Of a stretch of DNA of 64,000 bases, positions 17,560 to 26,669 are shown piece after piece (the stretch's first letter is position 1; every line of letters begins with the position of its first letter). The stretch is from a virus: the IMG/VR virus record IMGVR_UViG_3300025137_005412, positions 64,001-128,000 of that record; one strand, 5' to 3'. The notes below the pieces were generated by a model. It worked only from the letters and a program-made list of their open reading frames with translations, did no database searches and was not told the origin of the DNA. The translations under genes were made by a program, and so were the position numbers.

Positions 17560-18676
17560 CTAATATCTTTTTAACATCTTTTTCATCTAGTACCGCCGAT
17601 TCTAAATTAAACATATAGTCTAATAATACTAATTCTACCAAGGATTTTAATCCTCTTGCACCTACACCTCGTTCTAAGGCTTTTTCAGCAATGAGTTCTA
17701 ATCCTTTCTTTGAAATCTTTAATTCAATATCAGAGTATGCAAATAGTCTTGAATATTGATCTATCAAATTATTCTTTACTTTAGATAATATATCAATAAG
17801 ATTTTCTTTAGTAAGTTCTTGTAATGGTGCAATAGTTGGTATACGACCTAGAATCTCAGGAATAAATCCATACTCTTCTAAATCTTGTGGTTGTACATGA
17901 TTGATTATATTAGTCAGTGATTCTTTCTCTTTAAATTGTGCACCAAATCCAATACCAGTTTTTCCTGTACTTAATCTATCTTGAATAACTTCATCTAAAC
18001 CAGTAAATGCACCACCAACAATGAATAATATATTAGATGTATCTACAACAAATCTTACTTTAGATAATCCTTGCATTCTTTCCATTTCAATTTCAGTACC
18101 TTCAATAAGTTTTAATAAAGCTTGTTGTACTGCTTCACCACCAACATCTTTTCTATTTCTTCCAGCACCACCATCATTCTTACTACAAATTTTATCAAAC
18201 TCATCAATGAATACTATTCCTGTAGCTGCAGCATCAAAGTTTCCTCTAGCATTTTGAAATAATCCATCAACTACAGATTCAACATCTTTACCAACATAAC
18301 CTGAAGCTGTCATGTTATTAGCATCAGCAATGTAATAAGGAACCTTCATCATTTCAGCAAGCTTCTTTACAAGATAAGTTTTACCAGAACCTGTAGGACC
18401 TAATAACATAAGATTTGTTTTTTCAATTCTATTAGTATCATCATAACCTTCTTCTTTAAAGATCATTAATCTTTTATAATGGTTATGTGCACCAGTAGAG
18501 AGAACTTTCTTCGCTCTATCTTGACTTATAACATAAGTATCAAGATATTCGTAAATCTCTTTAGGTGATGGTAATGTAAAATCTAATTGTGCCTTAACAG
18601 TATAAAGACTTAGTTTTTCTCTAGCCTTTGATATATTATTAAGTAAGAATTCTTTATCTACCTGACCGATGCTCAT
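17543..18676 (-). CDS. clpX: ClpX-like AAA+ unfoldase lacking the N-terminal zinc-binding domain
   Basis: GPTGSGKT, GYVG pore loop, VFIDEFDKI, DVGGEAVQQALLK, IGFGA loop, PEILGR, GARGL. Confidence 0.93.
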   Translation of the reverse strand: MSIGQVDKEFLLNNISKAREKLSLYTVKAQLDFTLPSPKEIYEYLDTYVISQDRAKKVLSTGAHNHYKRLMIFKEEGYDDTNRIEKTNLMLLGPTGSGKTYLVKKLAEMMKVPYYIADANNMTASGYVGKDVESVVDGLFQNARGNFDAAATGIVFIDEFDKICSKNDGGAGRNRKDVGGEAVQQALLKLIEGTEIEMERMQGLSKVRFVVDTSNILFIVGGAFTGLDEVIQDRLSTGKTGIGFGAQFKEKESLTNIINHVQPQDLEEYGFIPEILGRIPTIAPLQELTKENLIDILSKVKNNLIDQYSRLFAYSDIELKISKKGLELIAEKALERGVGARGLKSLVELVLLDYMFNLESAVLDEKDVKKILDEVST

Positions 18677-19091
18677 ATTGATTATGCTTTCTGTGAGAAG
18701 TTTTTGATTCCCAGTTTTCTATTGCTTTCTTTATACTCTCTTCTGCCAATACAGAACAGTGTAATTTAATTGGTGGCAATTCAAGTGCTGCTGCAATTTC
18801 TTTATCTTTAATATTCTTTGCTTCATCAATTGTTTTACCGGTTAACATTTCAACAAACATTGTGGATGATGCTATTGCACTGCCACAACCATAAGTTTTA
18901 AACTTTACATCTATTATTATACCATTTTCATCGAGTTTTAATTGTAATTTCATAACATCTCCGCAGGCGGGTGCACCTACCATACCAGTAGCAATATCAT
19001 GATCTTTAGGATCAAACCTACCAACAGAGTGTTTATCCGGGTTCCTCAGTACAGATTCAAATCTGTCAACAACCTTCTTAGAGTATGCCAT
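18654..19091 (-). CDS. iscU: Fe-S cluster scaffold IscU
   Basis: GAPACGDVM, FKTYGCGSAIASS, LPPIKLHCSVLAE. Confidence 0.96.
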   Translation of the reverse strand: MAYSKKVVDRFESVLRNPDKHSVGRFDPKDHDIATGMVGAPACGDVMKLQLKLDENGIIIDVKFKTYGCGSAIASSTMFVEMLTGKTIDEAKNIKDKEIAAALELPPIKLHCSVLAEESIKKAIENWESKTSHRKHNQYEHRSGR

Positions 19092-19330
19092 TAAATGATG
19101 TGGTCTAAACCTTTTGAGAGTGGATGAAGCTTCTTAGCTTCTCTCATTTTGTCTTTGAATCCCTCAGGTAATTTACCTTTTTGAACTGATGTCTGAGATA
19201 TAATTTTAGGGGCACCTATTATAAAGATATAGTTTGGGTTATCTTTAAGCCATTGTTCTTTCTCAGCCCATGGCATATTAACTTCTTTTTGATTCTTTGT
19301 TTTCTTGTGTTCTATTGTGTATATTGGCAT
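19091..19330 (-). CDS. FmdB-like small protein
   Basis: MPIYT....T....E..M......L..NP, I.AP.I, P.GF.D pattern seen in T4-like FmdB homologues; no CxxC. Confidence 0.6.
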   Translation of the reverse strand: MPIYTIEHKKTKNQKEVNMPWAEKEQWLKDNPNYIFIIGAPKIISQTSVQKGKLPEGFKDKMREAKKLHPLSKGLDHII

Positions 19331-19331
19331 A

Positions 19332-19496
19332 TTAACCCTTTAGTTTTTCCTTTTCGTTTAGTCTCGCTATGAGCTCTGAGTAAAATTTCTTAAACTGTCT
19401 ATCACTCTTTACCAGAGTAGGTTTAACTTCCGCTGCATGGTTTATAATATCCCAGGCTCTTCTTGCTGCAGTTTCTGCTTCTTTAGAATGTGTCAT
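19332..19496 (-). CDS. Hypothetical protein (54 aa, not in ORF track)
   Basis: MTHSKEAETAARRAWDIINHAAEVK...; GGAG RBS and GTATAAT upstream; fills the gap. Confidence 0.6.
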   Translation of the reverse strand: MTHSKEAETAARRAWDIINHAAEVKPTLVKSDRQFKKFYSELIARLNEKEKLKG

Positions 19497-19533
19497 AGTT
19501 GCTCCTTGTTAAGTATATTATACCAAAATAAGG

Positions 19534-19541
19534 TATAAATA
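19534..19541 (+). promoter_or_regulatory. T4-type late promoter TATAAATA
   Basis: Exact T4 late consensus, 4 nt before the gp2 ATG. Confidence 0.8.
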
Positions 19542-19545
19542 TATC

Positions 19546-20088
19546 ATGCCATCTAATACTATTTATCAAAGATATGCAGAACGAGCCGAGAAGGCAGGTG
19601 TGAAGAGAAACACAAGAGGTGCAATTGACTGGTTTCGAAAGACTATAAGAAAAGATAGAGCTGTGGATTTAGATAAAGCAACTGAAGGTTTAAAACAAAA
19701 AGGTATTCAACCTGGTAATCTTTATATTTATGGATATAATCCTAAGTATGCTAAAGAGTTGAAGTATTATGATAGCTTTCCTTGTTGTCTTATATTAGAG
19801 ACTACAAAGGATGGATGGTATGGTCTGAATTTACATTATCTGCCACCTGCTATGAGAGCAAGATTATTGGCAGAGAATAATGTAAAGTCAGGAAATGGTC
19901 TGAAAATAGGTAAAGCCATGGGAAGAAGTAGATTTGGTAAGCATGCATTGCATAGATATATTGCCAATCAATTAACTTCAAGACCAAAATTTGTTCCAAT
20001 AAAAGATTGGGAAATAGCAATACAATTACCATTTGAAGGATTTAATAAGATTAGTAATACACAAATATGGAGAAAAGCGAATGGCTAA
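19546..20088 (+). CDS. gp2: DNA end protector gp2
   Basis: WF, G.LY.Y.Y.PKY...L.YYD.FP, GLNLHYLPP..R, W..A..LP.E.F. Confidence 0.9.
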   Translation: MPSNTIYQRYAERAEKAGVKRNTRGAIDWFRKTIRKDRAVDLDKATEGLKQKGIQPGNLYIYGYNPKYAKELKYYDSFPCCLILETTKDGWYGLNLHYLPPAMRARLLAENNVKSGNGLKIGKAMGRSRFGKHALHRYIANQLTSRPKFVPIKDWEIAIQLPFEGFNKISNTQIWRKANG

Positions 20089-20239
20089 ATTAGCGAAAAG
20101 TTATCAGGCACATGAAAAAACAAGAAAAAAGACATCACAAGGAACAGGTGGTCGTGGAAGAAAAGTAAAAATTGGTATGTCAATGATGAATAAAAGTAAA
20201 CGTCGTTCATACAAAGCTTATAGAGGACAAGGTAGATAA
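20081..20239 (+). CDS. Small basic protein (52 aa)
   Basis: KKTSQG...NK.KRRS.K.YRGQGR pattern common in aquatic T4-like phages; start reassigned to ATG 20081. Confidence 0.7.
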   Translation: MAKLAKSYQAHEKTRKKTSQGTGGRGRKVKIGMSMMNKSKRRSYKAYRGQGR

Positions 20240-20932
20240 ATGGCATTACAAGAGTTTAGAGCAAACCTTTCAAAAGGTGGATTAGCAAGAGCCAGTAAAT
20301 GGATGGTTCGTGTATTTCCTCCTAGAGGAGTCACTGCTTCTGGTAATGCTCTTGGTAGATTGCTTGGTGGTGGATTAGAAATTAACCTACCAATATTTGA
20401 TGCATTAGACAATGCAGTTGGAGTATTAAATGATATTGATGTAAGTCTTGGTGGATTGAATATAAACTACAATCCAAATATTCCTACATTAGGTTATGCT
20501 TTATCAGGAGAGAATGAAGCATTAAGAACAATTAATTTATTCACAGCAGATGTAGAATTACCTGGTAGAGATGTGAATGAAATAGAAAGAAGAACAGAAG
20601 GTGAAGTAAGATCTGTAGGATACTTACATACACATCAAAGTCTTAATGTAGGTTATTACTGTTCTGAATCTCTAGCAGAAAAAGATTTCTTTGAAACTTG
20701 GCAAGAAGTTGTTTATAACAAAGATAAGGTTGCGAGTGGTTATTATGATGACTACACGAGCCGTATCGAAGTGATTAAATATAATGCAAGCTTCAAGAAA
20801 GAAGTTGCCAGATATCAATTCAATGAATGTTATCCAACAAACATTGGTTCACTGCAATTGGAAAATACTGGTGATGCAATTATGAAACTGCAATTGCAGT
20901 TTAAATTTAGAAACTATGATAGGATAAAATAA
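20240..20932 (+). CDS. Tail tube initiator / tube-family protein (gp54-like)
   Basis: GGLAR...V, LPGR, FF..WQ, Y.DDY...I, CYP..IG..L, F.FR tube-fold motifs. Confidence 0.75.
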   Translation: MALQEFRANLSKGGLARASKWMVRVFPPRGVTASGNALGRLLGGGLEINLPIFDALDNAVGVLNDIDVSLGGLNINYNPNIPTLGYALSGENEALRTINLFTADVELPGRDVNEIERRTEGEVRSVGYLHTHQSLNVGYYCSESLAEKDFFETWQEVVYNKDKVASGYYDDYTSRIEVIKYNASFKKEVARYQFNECYPTNIGSLQLENTGDAIMKLQLQFKFRNYDRIK

Positions 20933-21639
20933 TGAGCGAGATTAGTCGTATTAAAATATCGACTCCCGAATATGATGAAATTTTACCTTCTACCAAAGAA
21001 GCGATAAAGATCAAACCATTCAGAGTAGCCGATGAAAAAACTCTTTTGATAGCATCAGAGAGCAAAGACCCCAAACAAATGGTGAATGCCATGAAAAAGA
21101 TTGTGGGTAATAGCCTTGTTGAAGATAGAGACATAGAGAAATTAGCTCCACATGATTTTGAATATCTGTTCTTAAAGATCAGAGCAAAGTCTGTTGGTGA
21201 AATTTCAAAACTAAAAGTAGCATGTAAAGAGTGTGAAACTAAAAATGATGTTGAATTTGATTTAGAGTCAGTCAGCATTAAAGAAGATGAAAACTTTTCT
21301 TCAGTACTTAAGATAAATGATAGGCTTCATTTTAAAATGAAGTACTTGAGTTTAGATGATGTTGTTGGAATGGATCCAGATGCAAAATCTTCTGAGATGT
21401 TTAGTATTATCGCAGATGCTGTAGATGTTATTGTCTATGAAGATGAAACAATAAATGTGGGTAAAGCAGAAAAGAAAGATGCATTAGATCTAATTGAAAG
21501 TCTACCATCCAAAGACTTTGAACAATTTGTTAATTACTTTTCTAATATGCCACATGTTATAGGTGTTGCAAACTTTAAGTGTTCAAACTGTGGTGCTGAA
21601 AATGCACATGAGATAAGAGGCCTTCAAAATTTTTTTTGA
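20932..21639 (+). CDS. gp26: Baseplate hub assembly protein gp26
   Basis: P.Y...LPS....IKPF.V..EK.LL.A.ES, D.EYLFLKIRAKSVGE, two CxxC pairs, GLQNFF end. Confidence 0.92.
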   Translation: MSEISRIKISTPEYDEILPSTKEAIKIKPFRVADEKTLLIASESKDPKQMVNAMKKIVGNSLVEDRDIEKLAPHDFEYLFLKIRAKSVGEISKLKVACKECETKNDVEFDLESVSIKEDENFSSVLKINDRLHFKMKYLSLDDVVGMDPDAKSSEMFSIIADAVDVIVYEDETINVGKAEKKDALDLIESLPSKDFEQFVNYFSNMPHVIGVANFKCSNCGAENAHEIRGLQNFF

Positions 21640-21836
21640 TAGCCCTTTCCCACATTAATTTAGAACACTACTATAAACTTAACTTTGCGATGAAACAACA
21701 TCACAAGTGGAGTATTGGTGAAATAGAATTAATGATACCTTGGGAAAGGGAAATATATGCTGGATTATTACAGCGGTTTCTTGAAGAAGAGCGTGACAGG
21801 CAAAAAGCCCAAGACGCTAAAATGAAGAGGAAATAA
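21636..21836 (+). CDS. gp51: Baseplate hub assembly catalyst gp51 (possibly expressed by frameshift from gp26)
   Basis: YYKLNFAMKQHHKWSIGEIELMIPWEREIY matches the gp51 family; weak TTG start inside a T8 run. Confidence 0.85.
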   Translation: MIALSHINLEHYYKLNFAMKQHHKWSIGEIELMIPWEREIYAGLLQRFLEEERDRQKAQDAKMKRK

Positions 21837-21838
21837 TT

Positions 21839-22630
21839 TTGAAGAATGAGTTCAAACATAACATACTTAAAGTCATGGGGATTTTCCAAATCGCTCTGCC
21901 TATCTGTGCTATTACATGGTTTATTCTATTTGGGTTGGACCCTGTTTTACTAATTGCTGGAATAGCTTTAGGTTATATTTTTTTCATACTCACTATGGCT
22001 GGGTACCACAGAATTCTGGCTCATAAAATTGTACAAACACCAACATGGTTTAAAGCACTATACAGCTTTGTCGGTTCTCTAGCTTTCTCATCACCACCAA
22101 TATCATGGGCCTCTACTCATATACTGCACCACATGTTCTCAGACACTGATAAGGATCCACATTCACCTAAGTATTTAGGACCTATCAAAAGTTCTTTATT
22201 CTATTTTCAAACACCATTCGGTGAGATTATGAAGAAGCTCAATCTTAGAGAAAAGAAAAAGTTTCTCATGACAATTAAACATCTTATCAAAGACCCAATA
22301 CTTATATTCTTTGAAAAGAACTATCTTGTATTAACCTTTATGTATTGCATAGCTCTAGCAATCATTCATCCATCGTTAGTTATATACTTCTATTGTATAC
22401 CTGTAATGTATAGTCATCTAGGTGCATTGCTAGTGGTCACTAATCATGATGGTGTATTTGGTGGAGTAAACAATAGCAATAGACATAGAGCATTCAATAA
22501 ATTTTTATTATGGCCAATAGTATATGGTGAACACAATCATGCTGATCATCATGACCACCCTGGACGCGCGGATGGATTAAATAATCTATTAAGGAAAGTG
22601 TTTAGTAAATGGCCGAAGAGCAAAGTATAA
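21839..22630 (+). CDS. Membrane fatty acid desaturase (delta-9-like)
   Basis: Histidine boxes HRILAH, HILHH..SDT..DPHSP, GE.NH..HH; TM helices. Confidence 0.9.
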   Translation: MKNEFKHNILKVMGIFQIALPICAITWFILFGLDPVLLIAGIALGYIFFILTMAGYHRILAHKIVQTPTWFKALYSFVGSLAFSSPPISWASTHILHHMFSDTDKDPHSPKYLGPIKSSLFYFQTPFGEIMKKLNLREKKKFLMTIKHLIKDPILIFFEKNYLVLTFMYCIALAIIHPSLVIYFYCIPVMYSHLGALLVVTNHDGVFGGVNNSNRHRAFNKFLLWPIVYGEHNHADHHDHPGRADGLNNLLRKVFSKWPKSKV

Positions 22631-24315
22631 ATCAAAGAAAAATTCAACTTCTAAAAGAGAAGAATATTGCTGACGAGATAAAAAATCTTGGCAGCTTGAA
22701 TGAGATCATACGTCGTAATAAAAAGATAGCTGATCAAATGCTTGATAGTTTTACAAAATCAGATGGAAAGAAAACTGTTATTGACCAAGAAGCCGTAGCT
22801 AAAGATGTTGACGGTGCTAGAAAAGCACTCATAGAATTTCAAAAACAAGCTTCAGCCTCAGCAGATGTTGAAGGAAAAGCAGATAGTACTAAAGAAGCTA
22901 TAGACGCTTTAGGTGTTAAATTACAAGATCTTCAAAAAAGAGATAATGAAGGTGATAAGAAATTTTTAATGAAATTATTTGGAACACCTGGAGATAGAAA
23001 ACAAGCTCAAGCTGAAATGAAACAATTCTTTATGGACCTACCAAAGAAGATTGGTTTAAAATTAAGTGGTATAGTGAACAAAGCATTCAGTTCAATAAAA
23101 GATGGAATAGGTACTTTCTTTGATATTCTCAAAACAGGTTTATTATTACTTGGTGGACTTGCTGCACTCGATGGATTCATAGACGGTTGGTCAAATGCAG
23201 AAAGATGGTTAGGTGCTAATGCTAATTTTGGTGATAGACTTGCTTCTGGATTAACAGGTATTGTTCGTGCATTTAAGCCGATGACAGATGAAGAAGCCGC
23301 TGCATTAGCTGAAAATTTAGCTGGTAAATTTGAAACATTAACCGCTATAATTAAAAGAATTGGTACTGCATTTGGAAACATTCTTGGTTTAAATACTGAT
23401 GCAGAATCACAAAGTCTTTTTGATAAAATAAAAGATTGGGGTATAGCTATAACGACATCATTATTATTATTCACAAATATAGCATCTACAATGGCTGTAG
23501 GAATTATAAAACAAGCTGGAAAACTATTCTATCAAGTCGGATTATTTGCTTTGAATTCAAAGTTCCTTTCAGCAAGGTATTTAAAAATAAATGCTATATT
23601 AGCTGGTAGAAAACTTAAAGCAGCATTAACTGGTCTTAGACTTGGAATGATTGCATTTGCAACCGTAACGATTCCAGCAATGGCAGCTACGATATGGGGA
23701 ATGGTCTCAGCTGTAGGAGTCTTCTTAGTATCAAATCCAATTGGTTGGATAATCTTAGCCTTACTTGCGGTTGGAGCTTTATTTTATGTCTTCTGGGATC
23801 AAATCTCAGCTATGCATAAAGCCGTTAAAGATTCTGGTGGTTATATACTACATTTAAAATTGATGTGGGCAAAAGTCACCGATGCCATAGGTTCATTTGC
23901 TAATATGTTTATTGGTTGGTACAATAGTATTATAAGCTATCTACCAGAGTTTATGAGACCAAGACAAATACCAAAAAGTTCTATGTTTGCAACCGATAGT
24001 GCTGATAAGATTAAAGCAGAAATGACACAAAATATGAGAGAAGCTGCAGAAAGAGATGCTGCACTTGAAACCGCTCAGTTAGAACAACAAAATAATGTTT
24101 CAGCCTATGATATGGGATCTGGAAGTGAAGCAGCTGAGTTAGCGGATTTTGAAGCTCAAATGGCTGCATTAGGAATTAATAGCGAAGGTACAACAACAAC
24201 AAATAATGCTGCAGCATTCACACAAAATATTGTCAATACAAATAATAATACTTCAGTTGCTTTGAAAACGAGACCTGGTTATACTATGGATTTTGGTAGT
24301 GCTTATAGCTACTAA
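22609..24315 (+). CDS. Tape-measure-like protein (gp29 position)
   Basis: Helical Ala/Gly/Lys-rich sequence, hydrophobic segments with NPIGW, Asn/Thr-rich tail; follows gp26/gp51. Confidence 0.6.
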   Translation: MAEEQSINQRKIQLLKEKNIADEIKNLGSLNEIIRRNKKIADQMLDSFTKSDGKKTVIDQEAVAKDVDGARKALIEFQKQASASADVEGKADSTKEAIDALGVKLQDLQKRDNEGDKKFLMKLFGTPGDRKQAQAEMKQFFMDLPKKIGLKLSGIVNKAFSSIKDGIGTFFDILKTGLLLLGGLAALDGFIDGWSNAERWLGANANFGDRLASGLTGIVRAFKPMTDEEAAALAENLAGKFETLTAIIKRIGTAFGNILGLNTDAESQSLFDKIKDWGIAITTSLLLFTNIASTMAVGIIKQAGKLFYQVGLFALNSKFLSARYLKINAILAGRKLKAALTGLRLGMIAFATVTIPAMAATIWGMVSAVGVFLVSNPIGWIILALLAVGALFYVFWDQISAMHKAVKDSGGYILHLKLMWAKVTDAIGSFANMFIGWYNSIISYLPEFMRPRQIPKSSMFATDSADKIKAEMTQNMREAAERDAALETAQLEQQNNVSAYDMGSGSEAAELADFEAQMAALGINSEGTTTTNNAAAFTQNIVNTNNNTSVALKTRPGYTMDFGSAYSY

Positions 24316-24854
24316 GATCTTCTTTTAGGTTTAGTATATTTTCTTACTATTTTATTTCCAGCAGATTTAGACAATCTTTTTTCAGCAAGTAATAGACTCT
24401 TATCTACTTCCCAAGATAATATACCCATTCTTTGTAATTCTACTTCAGTCCAAATTTCAAATTTCAAACCATTCTTCATACAAGCATTATTGGCGTTCTT
24501 CCATTTCTCAGAATTGATTGCCCATCTCGCAGTCTCTTCAATCCATCTTTTAGACTTTCTTGTTGGAGATTCTGGTGGTACAGTTTCTTTCTTTGGCTTT
24601 ACTTCTATTACTTTTGTAGTACCATCTCTGAATTTTATATAGAAATCTGGATAATATCTGGCTCTCTTACCAGTCACGGGGTGTTGATATGGTATAGCAA
24701 TCTCTTCACTTGCCCATTCCATTACATCAATGTTCTCATCACACCACTTCATGACGTTTCTTTCCCATAAAGATCTGTATAAAATCTTCTTAGGATCACC
24801 TGCATATTTTTGTGGATTATCTAGTGATGTAAATTTTCCTCTGTATGTTGCCAT
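24312..24854 (-). CDS. gp4: Head completion protein gp4 (TnsA-like nuclease fold)
   Basis: Y.GKF...NP.KY.GD...I.YRSLWE, W.SEEI.IPY, RY.PDF, IEVKP. Confidence 0.93.
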   Translation of the reverse strand: MATYRGKFTSLDNPQKYAGDPKKILYRSLWERNVMKWCDENIDVMEWASEEIAIPYQHPVTGKRARYYPDFYIKFRDGTTKVIEVKPKKETVPPESPTRKSKRWIEETARWAINSEKWKNANNACMKNGLKFEIWTEVELQRMGILSWEVDKSLLLAEKRLSKSAGNKIVRKYTKPKRRS

Positions 24855-24897
24855 AATAAATATCTATATTAGTAATTAATAGGATATTTATTTAAAA

Positions 24898-26013
24898 ATG
24901 CCAGAGAATTTTGTAAGCTTAAGATACCCAGAGAATCTCGGTACATCATCATCACCTAACTACGTGACATTTTCACCAGTAGAAATTGATTATGGTACAG
25001 GAACAAATTATGGAAACCCAGTAGATCGTGGAAGTGGTGGTTTATTCGGTGGTGGATCAGGTGGAGGTCTTGACATAAATCTTGGTGGTGGTAATCCATT
25101 TAAACAAATTGCAAATCAAATTGGTGGTACATTAACAAGCCTAGCTGATGCAGCCTTAGATTCAATTGATGCTATTGGTAGTATTTTTGAAGCAGGTTCT
25201 TTATCAGCTAAAGCAAGTGCATTTGGTAAAATTGTAAATGGTAAAATTCGTATTGGAGATTTTATACTTTCATCTGGAATTAAAACAACTGCTCCACAAT
25301 TAAACACTAAAGGTTCTATATCATTATATTTACCACAGTCACTCACATCAAATACTTCAGCTAACTATGAGAATAAAGAATTAGGTGCAACAGGTGCAGC
25401 TGCACTCGAAGCAACCTCAGGAACTGATACACTTAACGCATCAGAAGATGCACCAAAGTTGTTGGAGGCATTGTTAGGAGATACTATAAAAAGAACTGGT
25501 CAACTTGGAGATATATTAGCTATTAAAGAAGGTGCTATTGTAAATCCATATTCATACCAATTATTTGGTGGTGTGTCACATAGAACATTTTCATATCAAT
25601 TTGATTTTGTACCAAAGAATGCCAAAGAAGCAAGAGAAGTAGCGAATATATGTGATATGTTTTTATTCTATATGCTTCCATCTAAAGGTATAGGCGATGC
25701 TGAAACTAAATTTTTTAGTCAAAATGAACTTAAAGATGGTGAAGCAGCAACTAAAGATAATATGGGAAGTGAGATAAAAGGAGATTTTGGTAGACATTTC
25801 CTAAAGATGCCATCAATGTGGGAAATCAATTACTTTAGAAATGGTAATGAATTATCTCATGTACAAAAACCAAATAAATGTTTTATGGATACATGTAATA
25901 TTACTTATGGTGGAGATTCTGGTAATCTTTTACATTCTGATGGTTCACCAGTAAAAACTACAATTGAAATGTCATTCACAGAAGTTGAACCATTGGTAAG
26001 AGGTCGTCAGTAA
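24898..26013 (+). CDS. gp48: Baseplate tail-tube cap gp48
   Basis: LRYP, I.LYLP, NP....F.G...RTFSY.F.F.PKN..EA, G.P....I.MSFTE.E. Confidence 0.85.
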   Translation: MPENFVSLRYPENLGTSSSPNYVTFSPVEIDYGTGTNYGNPVDRGSGGLFGGGSGGGLDINLGGGNPFKQIANQIGGTLTSLADAALDSIDAIGSIFEAGSLSAKASAFGKIVNGKIRIGDFILSSGIKTTAPQLNTKGSISLYLPQSLTSNTSANYENKELGATGAAALEATSGTDTLNASEDAPKLLEALLGDTIKRTGQLGDILAIKEGAIVNPYSYQLFGGVSHRTFSYQFDFVPKNAKEAREVANICDMFLFYMLPSKGIGDAETKFFSQNELKDGEAATKDNMGSEIKGDFGRHFLKMPSMWEINYFRNGNELSHVQKPNKCFMDTCNITYGGDSGNLLHSDGSPVKTTIEMSFTEVEPLVRGRQ

Positions 26014-26669
26014 TGTCTTATTTTAAAAACTTCCAAAGAATAGTATACGAATTTCCTGATGATGTTAAGAGAGTAATTACAGACTTATCAATAAGACCAA
26101 AATTTAGAGATAATATTCTAGAGAATGTAAACAATTTTGAATTTTATAATGTAAGAGATGGTGATACACCAGAGATCATTGCTTATGAACAATATGGTGA
26201 TGTTGAATTACATTGGGCTATATTAATTGCAAATAATGTTATGAGTATCTATAATGATTGGGTAAAAGATCAGAACCAATTTCAAGAGTTTCTTTTTCAA
26301 AAATATAAAACACAAAGTGATAGTGATGGAGTTGCAGTGACTTTATCTAAGGTTGGAGTCACAGAGTACATACAATTTGTAGGTACTTCTTCAAATGACT
26401 TTTCAAGTTATGTCACAGGCACTAGTGTTAAAACAAGACCACATCATTTTGAAGATACAAATAAAGTAGTTTACTCTTATGATAGTATTGTAAATAATGG
26501 TTCACTTAAAGATGCATTTGGAAATGGAATATCATATCCAACAGTATCTCCAGTATCAATTGAAACTGTAGAAGATAGATTAAATGAAGAGAAAAGACAA
26601 ATCATTATTCCATCAAGAGCAGTAATCGATAAATTGCGTAAAGAAATCAAAGAGTATATAAATGGCTAA
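26013..26669 (+). CDS. gp53: Baseplate wedge gp53
   Basis: MSYF..F, Y.V.DG.TPE.IA...YGD..LHW.IL..N (LysM-like), E...NE.KR.I. Confidence 0.9.
   Translation: MSYFKNFQRIVYEFPDDVKRVITDLSIRPKFRDNILENVNNFEFYNVRDGDTPEIIAYEQYGDVELHWAILIANNVMSIYNDWVKDQNQFQEFLFQKYKTQSDSDGVAVTLSKVGVTEYIQFVGTSSNDFSSYVTGTSVKTRPHHFEDTNKVVYSYDSIVNNGSLKDAFGNGISYPTVSPVSIETVEDRLNEEKRQIIIPSRAVIDKLRKEIKEYING

Noticed and set aside
20240-26013. Shared GGGL[E/D]INL segment in the gp54-like and gp48 proteins
   Set aside because: Too short and low-complexity to support; both belong to the tube-fold family anyway.
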